Under the pieces are notes generated by a model. It saw only the letters and a program-made list of their open reading frames with translations. It did no database searches and had not been told where the DNA came from. A program made the position numbers and the translations under genes. 64,000 nucleotides of DNA from Treponemataceae bacterium (GTDB lineage: Bacteria; Spirochaetota; Spirochaetia; Treponematales; Treponemataceae), in assembly GCA_052173655.1 (NCBI GenBank), contig JBQMYD010000003.1, forward strand, positions 71,206 through 135,205, given 5' to 3'. Positions 61,993-64,000 of this stretch are shown in pieces. How positions within the stretch are numbered: the first letter of the stretch is position 1; the number at the start of each line of letters is the position of its first letter.

Positions 61993-64000
61993 TTATCGGG
62001 CTTTCTTTACAGTATTTTTTCTTGCAGGCCTAAAAAGTAAGTACAAAAGACAAGCCAATATAAGCAATGCAAAAATTAATCCTACAATATTAATTCTGCC
62101 TGTAAAAGCACAGCCAAGCTGATAAACTATTAAACTAATTATATATGCAAAACCGCACTGATAGCCAATTGCAAACCAAAGCCATTTATGACTATTGAAT
62201 TCTCGTTTCATAGCTCCTATTGCAGCAAAACATGGAGCACACAAAAGGTTGAACAACAAGAAAGAGTAAGCTGCAAGAGAACTTTCAAGTCCCTTAAAGT
62301 CAAGAACACCGAATACGCCTACAACTTCTTCCTTAGCAACAAGTCCCATAATAGTTGCAACAGTTGCTGTTTCGTTTCCAAAACCGAGCGGCATAAAAAT
62401 CCACTTTAAGCCGTAACCTATTTTTCCAAGAATTGAATCACCTAGCTCTAATTCAGTATTAAATCCGAAACCTTCTTCCATCCAACCGAATTTAGAACCT
62501 GCCCAAATTACGATTGATGAAATCAAAATGATTGTTCCGGCTTTTTTAATGAAAGACCAACCTCTTTCCCACATTGAACGCATTACGCTTCCAAAAGTAG
62601 GCCAGTGGTAAGCAGGTAATTCCATTACAAACGGAGAAGTATCCCCTTCAAACATTTTTGTTTTCTTGAGCATAATACCGGATACGATGATTGCTGCAAC
62701 TCCTACAAAATATGCACTCGGACCAACCCAAGCTGCCCCTCCAAACATTGAAACGGCAATTAAAGCAATAATAGGCAATTTTGCACCACAAGGAATAAAT
62801 GTAGTTGTCATGATTGTCATTCGGCGGTCGCGAGGATTTTCAATCGTACGGCTAGCCATAATTCCCGGAACACCGCAACCTGTTCCGATAAGCATAGGAA
62901 TAAATGATTTTCCGCTTAAACCGAATTTTCTAAAAATTCTGTCCATGATGAAAGCAACACGAGCCATATATCCGCAGCCTTCCAAGAATGCAAGGAAAAT
63001 AAATAAAACCAACATCTGAGGAACAAATCCCAAAACGGCACCAACTCCTCCCACGATTCCTTCAACTATCAAACTTTCAAGCCATTCTGCACAATTTACA
63101 GCTTCAAGTCCCATTGAAAGCAACGCAGGAATTCCCGGTACCCACCAACCGAAATTGTCGCTAGGATCAGGGAAATCTTCAGCTTCCATTGCAGAATCCA
63201 CAGTTTCCGATATATCAAATCCGCTTTCTGCAAGCTCAGGGCCGTAAAAGCCGTAAGCTTCTTCAAAAGCTCCGTAATCGCCTTCTTCGATAGAACCTGC
63301 CAACTCATCAGCACCGGTAACACCTTGTTCTACGGCATCATTTACGGTATTGATTACATCTTCAGTCCATATATTGTTTACAGCAAATTCATTTACAGCA
63401 TCATCGTAAGCTTCGCGTCCTTTCCCGAACATAAACCAACCGTCTCCAAAAAGACAATCGTTTGTCCAGTCAGTACACCAAGTTCCAACTGTTGTTATGG
63501 AAACAAAGTATACAAGGAACATAACTGCGGCAAAAATAGGAAGAGCTGCCCAACGGTTTGTTACAACTTTATCGATTTTATCGGAAGCAGAAAGCTTACC
63601 TCTGGTTGCTTTTTTATAAGAGCTTTTTAAAATTTCAGCAATGCGAACATAGCGTTCATTGATGATAATACTTTCAGCATCATCATCTATTTCTTTTTCC
63701 GCAGCCTTTATATCAGTTTCAATATGAGCAAGGATATCGCTTTGAATAGCCATTTGTTTAAGAATTTTTTCATCTCGTTCAAAAATTTTAATTGCGAACC
63801 ATCTTTGCTTTCTTTCGTCCATTTCGTGTAAAACGGCTTCTTCAATGTGAGCTATAGCGTGTTCTACAGGACCTATAAAGACATGCTGAGGAATTTTTTC
63901 ATCAGCTTTAGCAGCTTCAATTGCTAATTTTGCAGCGTCCATTACGCCTTCGCCTTTTAAAGCTGAAATTTCAATAACCTTGCATCCAAGCTGACGCTCC
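61993..64000 (-). CDS. feoB: Ferrous iron transporter FeoB (partial; the N-terminal G domain lies beyond the right edge)
   Basis: The reading frame stays open upstream of the track's first Met to the window edge (ERQLGCKVIEISALKGEGV-MDAAK), which is the end of the FeoB GTPase domain. Then come the helical S-domain and the polytopic gate region (VTNRWAALPIF, FIPCGAKLP, LELPAYHWP). Confidence 0.92.
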   Translation of the reverse strand, partial: ERQLGCKVIEISALKGEGVMDAAKLAIEAAKADEKIPQHVFIGPVEHAIAHIEEAVLHEMDERKQRWFAIKIFERDEKILKQMAIQSDILAHIETDIKAAEKEIDDDAESIIINERYVRIAEILKSSYKKATRGKLSASDKIDKVVTNRWAALPIFAAVMFLVYFVSITTVGTWCTDWTNDCLFGDGWFMFGKGREAYDDAVNEFAVNNIWTEDVINTVNDAVEQGVTGADELAGSIEEGDYGAFEEAYGFYGPELAESGFDISETVDSAMEAEDFPDPSDNFGWWVPGIPALLSMGLEAVNCAEWLESLIVEGIVGGVGAVLGFVPQMLVLFIFLAFLEGCGYMARVAFIMDRIFRKFGLSGKSFIPMLIGTGCGVPGIMASRTIENPRDRRMTIMTTTFIPCGAKLPIIALIAVSMFGGAAWVGPSAYFVGVAAIIVSGIMLKKTKMFEGDTSPFVMELPAYHWPTFGSVMRSMWERGWSFIKKAGTIILISSIVIWAGSKFGWMEEGFGFNTELELGDSILGKIGYGLKWIFMPLGFGNETATVATIMGLVAKEEVVGVFGVLDFKGLESSLAAYSFLLFNLLCAPCFAAIGAMKREFNSHKWLWFAIGYQCGFAYIISLIVYQLGCAFTGRINIVGLIFALLILACLLYLLFRPARKNTVKKAR

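Noticed and set aside
1-64000. I looked for CRISPR arrays, IS elements, integrases, prophage genes, restriction-modification, toxin-antitoxin or other known defence modules.
   Set aside because: I saw no regularly spaced short direct repeats. No protein has transposase, integrase, recombinase, phage structural, nuclease-methylase or typical small toxin/antitoxin features. The only repeats are inside the lipoprotein gene and in the 53.6-53.9 kb spacer.

Overview
This is a 64-kb, AT-rich bacterial chromosomal segment (about one-third G+C by eye), densely coding on both strands. I count about 48 protein genes, 6 tRNAs and one SRP (4.5S) RNA. Most of the content is housekeeping: thrS, carD-ispDF, murJ, uvrC, a hisA-like/hisIE fusion plus hisD, aroK, dnaX-ybaB-recR, pyrF plus a pyrK-pyrD fusion, pyrE, ftsK, and feoB running off the right edge. 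Lineage-specific envelope and secreted proteins are interspersed among these. The combination of a ThrRS lacking the TGS domain, an IspDF fusion, a giant Pmp-repeat/LRR lipoprotein and a 1486-aa double-activase fusion suggests a low-GC host-associated spirochaete of Treponema type. That assignment is inference and cannot be verified here. I found no CRISPR array, transposase or integrase, prophage, or recognisable defence or toxin-antitoxin module, so I cannot point to a clear novel system. The strongest leads are as follows. (1) A compositionally mosaic, internally duplicated giant surface lipoprotein gene lies next to tRNA-fMet, and its central part is far more GC-rich than the rest of the window. 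(2) A minus-strand cluster has the 1486-aa activase-like fusion abutting a secreted protein of unknown function, followed by a HAD hydrolase and a membrane-anchored 1.3-kaa coiled-coil protein ending in an HTH. (3) A metal-type ABC importer has no binding-protein gene but does have a small secreted CC-motif protein. (4) A 353-bp, roughly 83% AT spacer between convergent genes carries tandem DnaA-box-like 9-mers and paired palindromes. (5) A tRNA-Arg has a GCG anticodon. (6) A 59-codon FeoB-associated Cys-rich ORF is absent from the ORF track. All family assignments come from motif recognition by eye; no searches were run.
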